From IMG/VR virus record IMGVR_UViG_3300033149_004564, positions 2,382 to 66,381 of that record: a DNA stretch of 64,000 nt. One strand, written 5' to 3'. Both the position numbers and the translations under genes were made by a program. Below are positions 45,963 to 54,529 of the stretch, one piece after another. Numbering within the stretch: the first letter of the stretch is position 1; every line of letters starts with the position of its first letter. The notes under the pieces were generated by a model. It was not told the origin of the DNA. It did not search any database and saw only the letters and a list, made by a program, of their open reading frames with translations. This DNA is from a virus.

Positions 45963-47157
45963 GCTTCTAAGGATTAGAACCTAAACTCTGCATTCCCAGA
46001 GTTAGAATATTAATTGAGGCATTATGATCTCTATCAAGGATAAAATTACAAAATGGACAAGTAAAGACACGCTCAGAAAGTTTAAGCTTGTGTCTTTGTC
46101 CACACTTGGAGCATGTTTGGCTTGTGTATGCAGGATTGACTTTAATTACTTTTCTACCAGCCTCTTCCGCTTTGTAGGAAAGCAAGTCAACAAACATTCG
46201 CCAAGCAGCATCTCCAATACTTTTGTTGATGCCCCTAAAATTACCATTTTGCATTTGATTAATATTAATATCTTCAACAACTATTATTCCAAAATGATTA
46301 ACAATCTTTCTTGCTATCTTGTGAGTGAAATTATGCCGTCTATTGGAAATTCTTTCATGAATATATGCAATCACTTTTCTGGCTTTGTTTCTTTCCTTAT
46401 TTTGTTTTTTAAGTTTAGAAAATTTTCTTTGTACCTTAGCAAGTTGTTTTTCCTCCTGTCTAAAAAATCGTGGGTTTTTAATTCTAACCCCGTTGGAAAG
46501 TGCAGCAAATGTTTTAAGACCAACATCTATACCTATTGCTTTGTTTGATTTGCTTATTAATTTTGGACTAACAACACAGGAAAAAGTTATGAACCATTTT
46601 CCTGTAGCAGTTTTACGAATGGTGCATGTTTTAATTTTACCTTCTATTTGTCTATATAATTTAATTTTAACTCTACCAATTTTAGAAAGTTGAATAACTT
46701 GTTTATCAATTAATAATTTAAATCCTTTTTGTGGATAAGTAAAAGAGTTATACCTAAATTTATTTTTAAATCTGGGGAATCCGGGCTTTTCTCCAGATTT
46801 AATTCTACGAAAGAAAGATTTAAAAGCAAAATCTAATCGAGCAGCGGTATTTTGTAATATCTGACTATATATAGTAGAAAGAGCTTGATGATCTTGTTTT
46901 AGTTGTTTAAAAGAATTGCACTGATCAAAATAGGAAATAGATTTTTGTTCTTGTTTCCAAACATTTTTACGTTGTTCAAGTAGGTAGTTATACAACCAAC
47001 AACATCTACTCAGAGTTTTATTAAGTAGGGTGGTTTGTCTTTTGCTTGGGTAGATTCGATATTTAAAAGTTTTGTTCATAGTTTAAGTAATAATAACCTT
47101 TTGCTTAAAAGTCAAGAAAATGCTTCAATTCATCTTTTGGGCTTGTCCCCTTTTTGT
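45939..47157 (-). mobile_element. IS200/IS605-family element with TnpB only; end hairpins eroded (left boundary approximate)
   Basis: right end AAGCC...GGGAGCATTCAC; left end AAGGGGACAAGCCC...GATGAATTG; TTGACT promoter; no tnpA. Confidence 0.7.
45967..47079 (-). CDS. tnpB: RNA-guided endonuclease TnpB (IS605 OrfB)
   Basis: 'KTFKYRIYP', 'PGFPRFK', 'GIDVG', 'VVEDI', 'TSQTCSKCG', 'DRDHNASINI'. Confidence 0.96.
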   Translation of the reverse strand: MNKTFKYRIYPSKRQTTLLNKTLSRCCWLYNYLLEQRKNVWKQEQKSISYFDQCNSFKQLKQDHQALSTIYSQILQNTAARLDFAFKSFFRRIKSGEKPGFPRFKNKFRYNSFTYPQKGFKLLIDKQVIQLSKIGRVKIKLYRQIEGKIKTCTIRKTATGKWFITFSCVVSPKLISKSNKAIGIDVGLKTFAALSNGVRIKNPRFFRQEEKQLAKVQRKFSKLKKQNKERNKARKVIAYIHERISNRRHNFTHKIARKIVNHFGIIVVEDININQMQNGNFRGINKSIGDAAWRMFVDLLSYKAEEAGRKVIKVNPAYTSQTCSKCGQRHKLKLSERVFTCPFCNFILDRDHNASINILTLGMQSLGSNP

Positions 47158-47160
47158 TAT

Positions 47161-49905
47161 TTAGTTTTCCACTACAGTAATATCAACACCACCACCAGAA
47201 CGAAGCGTCTTTTCAACTATTTCCCAACGCTTTGTTGTATAAGTAGCAGAAAACAGTTTTGCCAACATACTGTGTCTAACATTAATAATATCTCCTATGT
47301 CATATTCAAACGCTGACCACCATGTTCTAAATGTAAAAGTCCACCAGCGTTTATACAGCCTTTCTAAATAGCGTTCAAGGATTGTTCCTGCTGTAACTTG
47401 ATCACGCACAAAATCTAATTCTAATTTTAAAGTTGCATCAGCATCAGCAGGAGAAGCAGCTATTAAAGTTTGCAAATCTGTTACAGCATGATTTTCTAAA
47501 TCACCATCTACAAGATTAGTAGTACCATCAGAATATATATAAAGCATTGAATCAAATTTATTAGCACCATAATTATAATTATAGTTGACTATAAAATTAG
47601 AATAACAATCATTCGTAGGTGTCAACTTTATATCATTTATATTTAATATAGGGTGTTTTGTAAATTTACCAGTGCCAGTAGACCAAGCACCAGTTTGATC
47701 AAAAATATCAAGATCATTTGGGGTATTTGTCCTACTAACTTTAAATGTTTTTGTACTATCATATTTAACATTTGACCAAACACCAGCCTTGTTAACTATA
47801 ATTTTAGATGCTGTCTGTTTAGCAACAGTTTCAAGAAAGTCAATCGTATCCATTTGATCTATTAAAGTAAACGCAAATTTTGTACTGTCTGCAAAAGAAA
47901 AATTTAATTCAGTTGTAGTAAATCCATTTTCTGCTATCAATGCATGAGCAACACAAAAGAATGGATGATCTTGATAAGTACCAGCAGAAATTAAAGCATC
48001 AGAAGCAAAATCTTTTCTACCTTTTATGTTTCCATAAAATTCCTTGGCATCTGCAAGTGATATCTGCCGTTCAAAAACAACACCAACAGAATAAATATCA
48101 ATAATATCTATATGAGTCCTATCACCAGTCGTTCCACCACCGCGAAGAATGAGAGCAGCATGTTTATTAATTAAACCTTTTGGGTCTGTAATTCCTTCTA
48201 ATTCCACTCTGTTATCTCTATAAACATCATCATCACCATCTATTGCATCAATAAATGCTGGTAAAGCATAAATAGTACCATCATCAGAAGTTGCACCAGT
48301 AAGAAATTTCCCTAAAATAAATCTCTTTTGTAGAATGTGTGCAGCTTGTGGTGGTGTGTTTGATCCTTCAGATGCGGTTTCATCATAACTAAGAAAACGC
48401 AATTCAAGGCTCCAAAGACAGGGACCACTGACAGCCGCTAAATCCCAAGCAAGCTTTATTGTTAAATATGCTTTTGAAAAATCAAGTTGTTCTCTGTTTG
48501 TTGTCTGTAAATATTTATAAAGCTGCATTAAGTCCCAATGTATTTCTTTATAATGAGCATTAAAATCATATACATTAAGTCTATTAGTTATACCACCAGT
48601 ATTTAAAGTTGATTTAGTGGTTAAATCATTATTAATAGAATAATTTTCATTTGTATATTCGTGCCCAACATAAATACCAGCATCAAATTGTTGTATTGAA
48701 GGAGCAGCACCAGCAGTATTAATAACTCTATCAAGTTCAACATAATCAAGAATCAAATTAAGTTTATCTCGTCCTATTAAATAACTCACATTGAAATCAA
48801 TAATATGTAGAGTATGCCCACCAACACTTGAAATTGTCTTTTCATATTGAGTAGAATCGAGTTGTAAGAATTTTTTTAGACCATCATCAAAAATGAAAGT
48901 TGGCTCTGCCACACCCGCCTCAGTTTGGAATCCTCCAACGGCAAAATTATCTCCAGCAAGTATTCTCCAAGCAGAATATTCTATATCAGCATCAAGAATT
49001 TCAAACACACAACCATTTGGTGAATTAACCCAATCTCTCATCTCTTCTGGAAAATCTGTATCTACTACTAAAGTTCCAGTGTTCGTACCGTGACTTACAG
49101 TAGAATTTGATGTTATTTTTTTTATTACACCAACAAGTGAATTATCATTATCTTCATCAGTTAAGGTCGAATGCTTGTCTGTTCCATAAATTATTTTTAA
49201 ATATTTATTTGCAAGTGAATTTAAAGTTGGGTATGTAGAACTTAACCACGTTACGTCAATCGTTTTTGTTGCTGCTGTATATGCAGTGCAAATTCCAATA
49301 TGAATAACTTTATCTCTTCTATCTTTTGTCATAATTACAGGACTTCTATTTACTTCACCATAAACAATTGGAAAAACTTTACCAACTGCATCATCAGGTA
49401 CATAAGTTCCTTCTTCTATCAATCTATCATTACACGGTATTTTTTTATTTTCAATTGCGCTTAAAGAATCATCCCTACAACTAAGCTTTAAACTGCTCTC
49501 ATCAAATGAAAAGTCATCAATATAGCCACGCCATACCTCATAAGTTGAAATTAAAGCCCCTGGCGTGTTTTCTGCAAAAAAGATATATAGAACTACCTCT
49601 TTACCGATTAATGTCTGTGGTGCTGCTTCTACGAGCGCAGAATACACACTATCTACATCATTCAATTGTACTTCAAATCCAGAAGCGGCTTGTAGACCAC
49701 TAAACCAATCGCATTCTTGTACTATATCAGAAATTGAGCCTATATTTCCTGGGACACTAAAACCAGAACTGTCTCCTGCTATTGCAGTAAATGTTTCTGA
49801 AGTTGTACCAGCAGCAAAATAAACTGTAGTAGGTGCAGACAACACAGTAAACACCCAGCGAGGTGATAAGCCAACCCTTAAATAATCTGTATTTGGATAT
49901 GTCAT
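47161..49905 (-). CDS. tail tip/hub (central tail) protein
   Basis: 914 aa after TMP and Dit-like gene; 'VWRGYID', 'FPIVYG', 'YDIGDIINV'. Confidence 0.7.
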   Translation of the reverse strand: MTYPNTDYLRVGLSPRWVFTVLSAPTTVYFAAGTTSETFTAIAGDSSGFSVPGNIGSISDIVQECDWFSGLQAASGFEVQLNDVDSVYSALVEAAPQTLIGKEVVLYIFFAENTPGALISTYEVWRGYIDDFSFDESSLKLSCRDDSLSAIENKKIPCNDRLIEEGTYVPDDAVGKVFPIVYGEVNRSPVIMTKDRRDKVIHIGICTAYTAATKTIDVTWLSSTYPTLNSLANKYLKIIYGTDKHSTLTDEDNDNSLVGVIKKITSNSTVSHGTNTGTLVVDTDFPEEMRDWVNSPNGCVFEILDADIEYSAWRILAGDNFAVGGFQTEAGVAEPTFIFDDGLKKFLQLDSTQYEKTISSVGGHTLHIIDFNVSYLIGRDKLNLILDYVELDRVINTAGAAPSIQQFDAGIYVGHEYTNENYSINNDLTTKSTLNTGGITNRLNVYDFNAHYKEIHWDLMQLYKYLQTTNREQLDFSKAYLTIKLAWDLAAVSGPCLWSLELRFLSYDETASEGSNTPPQAAHILQKRFILGKFLTGATSDDGTIYALPAFIDAIDGDDDVYRDNRVELEGITDPKGLINKHAALILRGGGTTGDRTHIDIIDIYSVGVVFERQISLADAKEFYGNIKGRKDFASDALISAGTYQDHPFFCVAHALIAENGFTTTELNFSFADSTKFAFTLIDQMDTIDFLETVAKQTASKIIVNKAGVWSNVKYDSTKTFKVSRTNTPNDLDIFDQTGAWSTGTGKFTKHPILNINDIKLTPTNDCYSNFIVNYNYNYGANKFDSMLYIYSDGTTNLVDGDLENHAVTDLQTLIAASPADADATLKLELDFVRDQVTAGTILERYLERLYKRWWTFTFRTWWSAFEYDIGDIINVRHSMLAKLFSATYTTKRWEIVEKTLRSGGGVDITVVEN

Positions 49906-49906
49906 A

Positions 49907-50278
49907 TTAAGTTATCAATTCTTCAAGAGTTAATTTTGCAATCCAATAATTTGGGCCATCAACTATGTAGTGTATTTTATCTTCAACTAATCTTACAGTA
50001 TGAGCAATGCTATCTCTATCAGTATATGTAAAAGATTCTACTCTCCCCTTTAAATCATTATTAACAAAAGATATCAAAAGGTCTCTGTCACCAAGACTCA
50101 TTTTACCTGTAGTAAACTCATAAATAGTTTTTATGCCTCCCCAACTTTCAACCATTGCAATACCACCAAGAGAATAATATGTACTGTCATTAAACACTTG
50201 CTCAACTCCATCAGAAGTTTGTAGTCCTTCATCAAAAGTTCGTGTTGTCGGGTCTTTATAAAAAGTTGGAGAAGCCAT
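49907..50278 (-). CDS. distal tail/minor tail protein
   Basis: 123 aa immediately after TMP; 'FTYTD...VRL...KLTLEE'. Confidence 0.65.
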   Translation of the reverse strand: MASPTFYKDPTTRTFDEGLQTSDGVEQVFNDSTYYSLGGIAMVESWGGIKTIYEFTTGKMSLGDRDLLISFVNNDLKGRVESFTYTDRDSIAHTVRLVEDKIHYIVDGPNYWIAKLTLEELIT

Positions 50279-50283
50279 TTCAG

Positions 50284-52488
50284 TTACCTCGTAGTTCTAA
50301 GAGAAGATGTACCTTGTCTTGAACGAACAAAATTACGATGTGTTCTAAATACTGTAAATGGATCAGTCCCAGTTTTATTAAAATTATAATAAACATCACC
50401 AACATAATTTTCAACCCTTGAACTGGGTATTCCACCTTTAGCATAACTGGGTAATTCACCGCTTCTATTAATATAATTGATACGATCAGCACCAAGATTT
50501 CTTACAGCACGGGCGTTTAAAATAGCTTCACCAGTACTTATTTGTGCAAGAATAGAATCACTTGTGCCATGACCGGGGCCAGAAACCATTCCACCACTTG
50601 AGATTCTACCATTAAACGCTTCTGATGCAATACCACCTTGAGCAAATGACGCTATCGCACCTTTAGCAGCTTCAAATGCAGCTGTAGCACCAAGAACTAC
50701 TGCCAACGTATGCCACTTTCCCCAAGCTGAATCAAATGCAGCTTTTGCAATTGAGGCAAGTGCAAGTTTTTCAAGAAAGTCAACCAGCACCATTAATATA
50801 CCCCTTAATCCTTCTTTCCAAGCCTTACCCTCTTTATCAAATATAGATGCACCCAATGCAAACCCAAGTTCGGCAGCCACATCTTTCATTAACTCCATTT
50901 TTTCTTTCCACTTGTCCCAATCTTTAATTAAAGCCCTTGTATTTATACTCATTCTTTCTAATTCTGCATTTGTTAACTCAGCGGCACTTTTTATATTTTT
51001 TAATCCTTCAGCCATACCAGCTTCAATAAGTTCTTCAATAGATTTTTCTTCAATTTTAGGTAACTTTTGTAATCTTCCAGATAATGGTCCTAATAATCCA
51101 CGTGCTTCCTCCTTAGCTTTTCGTGCCGCTTCTGCCGCTGCCGCTGCTCTTGCTGCTGCTTCTGATGCTGCTTCTGCTGCTGCAAATTCTTTCTCGGCTT
51201 TTTTTGCTCTTTGTATCATTAAATCTGCATAGTTAATTTTTTTCTTTATAAGATTAATTTCATCATCATACCTTCCAGTTTTTTCATGTATTCCGAAAGG
51301 ACCACGAGCAACTACTAATTCTTCCTCTAATTCTGCTAACACTACTTTCCATGCTTCTAATACTGTCAGTTTTTCCTTCTTAGGAAAGAGCGCACTTAAC
51401 CATTTATCCGTCCATCTTATAACTTTTGTAAGCAGCACAATTGCTCCCCCATCACCAGCTAATGCATTAAAAATTGAAATTTGCAATGATTCAAAAGCAC
51501 TACTTAATTCTCTAATCTTTCCTTCCCAACCACCCATTTTAATTTCAGCCATTTCTTTTGCGGCACCACCAGAGGCTATTACTTGTTTTGTAAACCCCTC
51601 TAATGCAGGCCCACCAATATTCATCAATATAGCTGCTGCTGAAGCAGAACGAAGTCCGAATAATTCTTGTGCCTCTGCTGCACCAATTCCCATTTCATGT
51701 AATCTATCAAAAATTTCTGTTAGTGTATGTGTTTGTAAATTCATTCCACCCAATTTTTTTGATGCATCAGAACTTGCACCAGCTAATCTTAACATTACAT
51801 TTCTTAGAGCAGTACCAGCAAGAGAACCATGAATACCACGATTAGCAAGTTCTCCCATAATAGCTGTTGTTTCTTCAAGAGACACACCGAGACTTGCTGC
51901 AACTGGAGCAGCATATTTCATTGATTCTGCAAAACGTGTAATATTTAATGCACTGCTGGTAAAACTCATTGCCATAACATCTGAGACTCGCATTGCATCT
52001 TTTGCATCAATATTGAAACCGCGCAATACATTACCAGCTATTTCTGCCGCTTGTGCAAGATCAGAGCCTGTTGCTTGAGCCATGTATAAAACACCTTCAG
52101 CAGCAGCATTAATTTGTTTTGCAGTGAAACCAAGTTTTGACAGCTCATGTTCAAGCTCACCAACTTGGGAAGCGGTATAAGTAGTAGTTTTACCAAAATG
52201 TCTTGCGGTCTTAGTTAGTGTCTGCATTTCTTTTTCAGTAGCTTTTGAAACAGCCTTAACCTTACGCATTGTAGTATCAAAATCAACGCCAACCTTTGCT
52301 ATATCTTTTAATACCCTAAAACCGGCATAAGCCACTGCAAACCCAGTAAAAGCCCGTGTTAACTTTTTTAGACCACCAGCAGCGGTTTTCTTACCAGCTT
52401 TATCTAAACCCTTTATGCCTTTTTCTGCTTGTTTAAGCTTTCCAACTACATTTCCATCTTCAATTTTCAGTTCCATTATAATAGACAT
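50284..52488 (-). CDS. tail tape measure protein (TP901-type)
   Basis: 'DFDTTMRKVKAVS', 'ESMKYAAPVA..LGVSLEET', 'GSLAGTALR', 'GPGHGTSDSI'. Confidence 0.93.
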   Translation of the reverse strand: MSIIMELKIEDGNVVGKLKQAEKGIKGLDKAGKKTAAGGLKKLTRAFTGFAVAYAGFRVLKDIAKVGVDFDTTMRKVKAVSKATEKEMQTLTKTARHFGKTTTYTASQVGELEHELSKLGFTAKQINAAAEGVLYMAQATGSDLAQAAEIAGNVLRGFNIDAKDAMRVSDVMAMSFTSSALNITRFAESMKYAAPVAASLGVSLEETTAIMGELANRGIHGSLAGTALRNVMLRLAGASSDASKKLGGMNLQTHTLTEIFDRLHEMGIGAAEAQELFGLRSASAAAILMNIGGPALEGFTKQVIASGGAAKEMAEIKMGGWEGKIRELSSAFESLQISIFNALAGDGGAIVLLTKVIRWTDKWLSALFPKKEKLTVLEAWKVVLAELEEELVVARGPFGIHEKTGRYDDEINLIKKKINYADLMIQRAKKAEKEFAAAEAASEAAARAAAAAEAARKAKEEARGLLGPLSGRLQKLPKIEEKSIEELIEAGMAEGLKNIKSAAELTNAELERMSINTRALIKDWDKWKEKMELMKDVAAELGFALGASIFDKEGKAWKEGLRGILMVLVDFLEKLALASIAKAAFDSAWGKWHTLAVVLGATAAFEAAKGAIASFAQGGIASEAFNGRISSGGMVSGPGHGTSDSILAQISTGEAILNARAVRNLGADRINYINRSGELPSYAKGGIPSSRVENYVGDVYYNFNKTGTDPFTVFRTHRNFVRSRQGTSSLRTTR

Positions 52489-52502
52489 AAAACCTCCTAA
52501 AC

Positions 52503-53260
52503 CTATCTATGCTTACTTCTCATTTTTTGTGCAATATGATTTACAGTTTTCAAATGTATAATCTCAAGTACTTCCCAAAAGAAAACAGGATCATCAAGCT
52601 CAATCGGTATGTTATTCAACAAATCAAAATTGATAGTAATAGAACCAAAATCTGATACACTTGAAAACGACAACAATTTCTGATACACTTCCCACGCTAC
52701 TGCAATATCACCAGTAAATTTAATTTGCTCTCCATATAGTTTACAGCAATATGGCATACCACTTTCAGTTACTACTTCTTCACATGTTTTTTCTTTGCAC
52801 CTTTTGCAATCACTGGTTGGGTCGTATTCGTAGCTGAGACAGGTTTCAACCCATCCTGGGCGGGAGCGTCCAAGTCGGTCGATCCCGCCAGCAAGTTTTT
52901 TAACTTTTCTTCTCTCTCACTTACTGCATTCCAAACAGCCATTAAAATAAATACAACCCGCTCTTGTGAAATAATTTCAAATGTTTTTAAAATCTGAAGT
53001 GCTTTCTCTTTAGAAAATGGAATAGCAAGATTTCTATTTGAATCAACAATGCCTTCCCATTTAACCATTATACGAATAAGAAATTCATACTGTTCTGTAA
53101 ATGTTAGAGCAAATTTACCGTCCGTATGTTTGCTTGCAAAATCCCAAAGCCAATCACGCTCACCACGAAAATATATCTTCGCCGGTACATCATTCTCATC
53201 AACAGCAGGAATTTCTTCAATATGATCAAAATGTTCTAATTGCTTCATGTCCAATTTCAT
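52503..53260 (-). CDS. tail assembly chaperones G (52772-53260) and GT via programmed -1 frameshift
   Basis: slippery A AAA AAC at 52901-52895; -1 frame open into 52503-52757; GGCGGGA/TCCCGCC hairpin just downstream. Confidence 0.85.
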
Positions 53261-53293
53261 GGTACGGCCCCTTCTATAAAAAGTTAAAAAGAA

Positions 53294-53635
53294 TTAAAGC
53301 TCATCAATATCATCATCAATTTCAACTGTTGCTTTAACTGCTTTAGCTGCATCAATCTTGTTTCTAATAACTGAGAACTTTTCCATGTGTTCCCAAAGAG
53401 CTTGATCTTGGTTTGATTTAAAATAATGAAGCATTGCAGAACGAATTATATTCATTTCAATGCCGGTTAAATTAGAAATTACATACTCTCTTGAAGGACT
53501 TAAATATCTCTCAGTATGATAAAAAGGCACTCCCTGTTGGGTGCTTTGATTCTGTTGCTGTTTTGCTACAGCTTTTCTACTACGATCTTCAAGCAACTTT
53601 TTTTTCTTCTTACTAATTTTCTTTTTATCTGACAT
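53294..53635 (-). CDS. hypothetical protein
   Basis: 113-aa ORF with AAGGGGCC SD-like motif. Confidence 0.55.
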   Translation of the reverse strand: MSDKKKISKKKKKLLEDRSRKAVAKQQQNQSTQQGVPFYHTERYLSPSREYVISNLTGIEMNIIRSAMLHYFKSNQDQALWEHMEKFSVIRNKIDAAKAVKATVEIDDDIDEL

Positions 53636-53779
53636 TGTGTGTGGCCCCTTTCTTAAATTTGAAACAGAGAGATAAAAACTGGGGCCTTAGTTTCTACCCC
53701 CCTGTCTCGTTCTCCGCACACTGGCAGCGTGGCGGAAAGAAATAAAATCAATTGATTCTTAAATACTATCTCACTTCTT

Positions 53780-53980
53780 CTACTTTACTTCTACCGGGTA
53801 AGTACGTTTATAATATCCATCACCCTCAAACAAAGCAATGTGAAGTCCACGCTTGCGGGCAATTACGTCAAGGGTAGACACAACCTCAACTAAATCTGAA
53901 TCCTCAATAAGTCCTTGTAAAATCTGCTCAATTGTCAACTTGTCAATTGCTTCTAATAGTAATTCAGATATTCCAGACAT
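53780..53980 (-). CDS. small hypothetical protein
   Basis: SD GGAGG. Confidence 0.55.
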   Translation of the reverse strand: MSGISELLLEAIDKLTIEQILQGLIEDSDLVEVVSTLDVIARKRGLHIALFEGDGYYKRTYPVEVK

Positions 53981-54008
53981 TGTTTACCTCCGTGTTTTAT
54001 TGCGTCTT

Positions 54009-54069
54009 GTGGTGCATAAAACACTCGTTCATGCACCACAACAGGGCTTGTTGTGTTTTCATGCACCAC
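54009..54069. repeat. three GTGGTGCAT boxes (one inverted pair plus one direct copy)
   Basis: 54009-54017, 54031-54039, 54061-54069. Confidence 0.75.
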
Positions 54070-54512
54070 TACCTTTCAATCAGGCCGTGCTCCCTGAGAG
54101 CAGCCAGAAGTTGATTGAACCTAATTACAACATCTTCCGGGTTTACCACGTCTGATATTGCTGATTGGCGTTTATTAAGAACCCTTTGATAATTAATAAA
54201 CACACCACCCCCAAAAGCAAGAGACAGATTGCCCTTATTGTCTAAGCTTGTCTTGGGTTTAAGATTTTCATATAAAGCCAAGCCGTTAGGGGCGTACAGG
54301 GCGTTGATATTGCCAGCCCCATTATAAACGGAGAGAATACCATCCCCCTCTTTATTTTGGCTCAAATATGTTCTTGGTCCACTCTCATGACGAAAAACAA
54401 GTCCGTTTTGTACAACAGTCATCCCCGTATCTGGCACAATCTCTGTCGGCACGGCTTTTTCGCAACTAATCAAAAACAACAAACTAAAAAATAACACAAA
54501 TAAGATTTTCAT
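54069..54512 (-). CDS. lipoprotein with tail-fibre-type C-terminal motif
   Basis: lipobox LISC; C-terminus 'FNQLLAALREHGLI' resembles the fibre's 'LNDLLARLRTHGLI'. Confidence 0.7.
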   Translation of the reverse strand: MKILFVLFFSLLFLISCEKAVPTEIVPDTGMTVVQNGLVFRHESGPRTYLSQNKEGDGILSVYNGAGNINALYAPNGLALYENLKPKTSLDNKGNLSLAFGGGVFINYQRVLNKRQSAISDVVNPEDVVIRFNQLLAALREHGLIER

Positions 54513-54529
54513 TAAAAGCCCCCTTGTTA

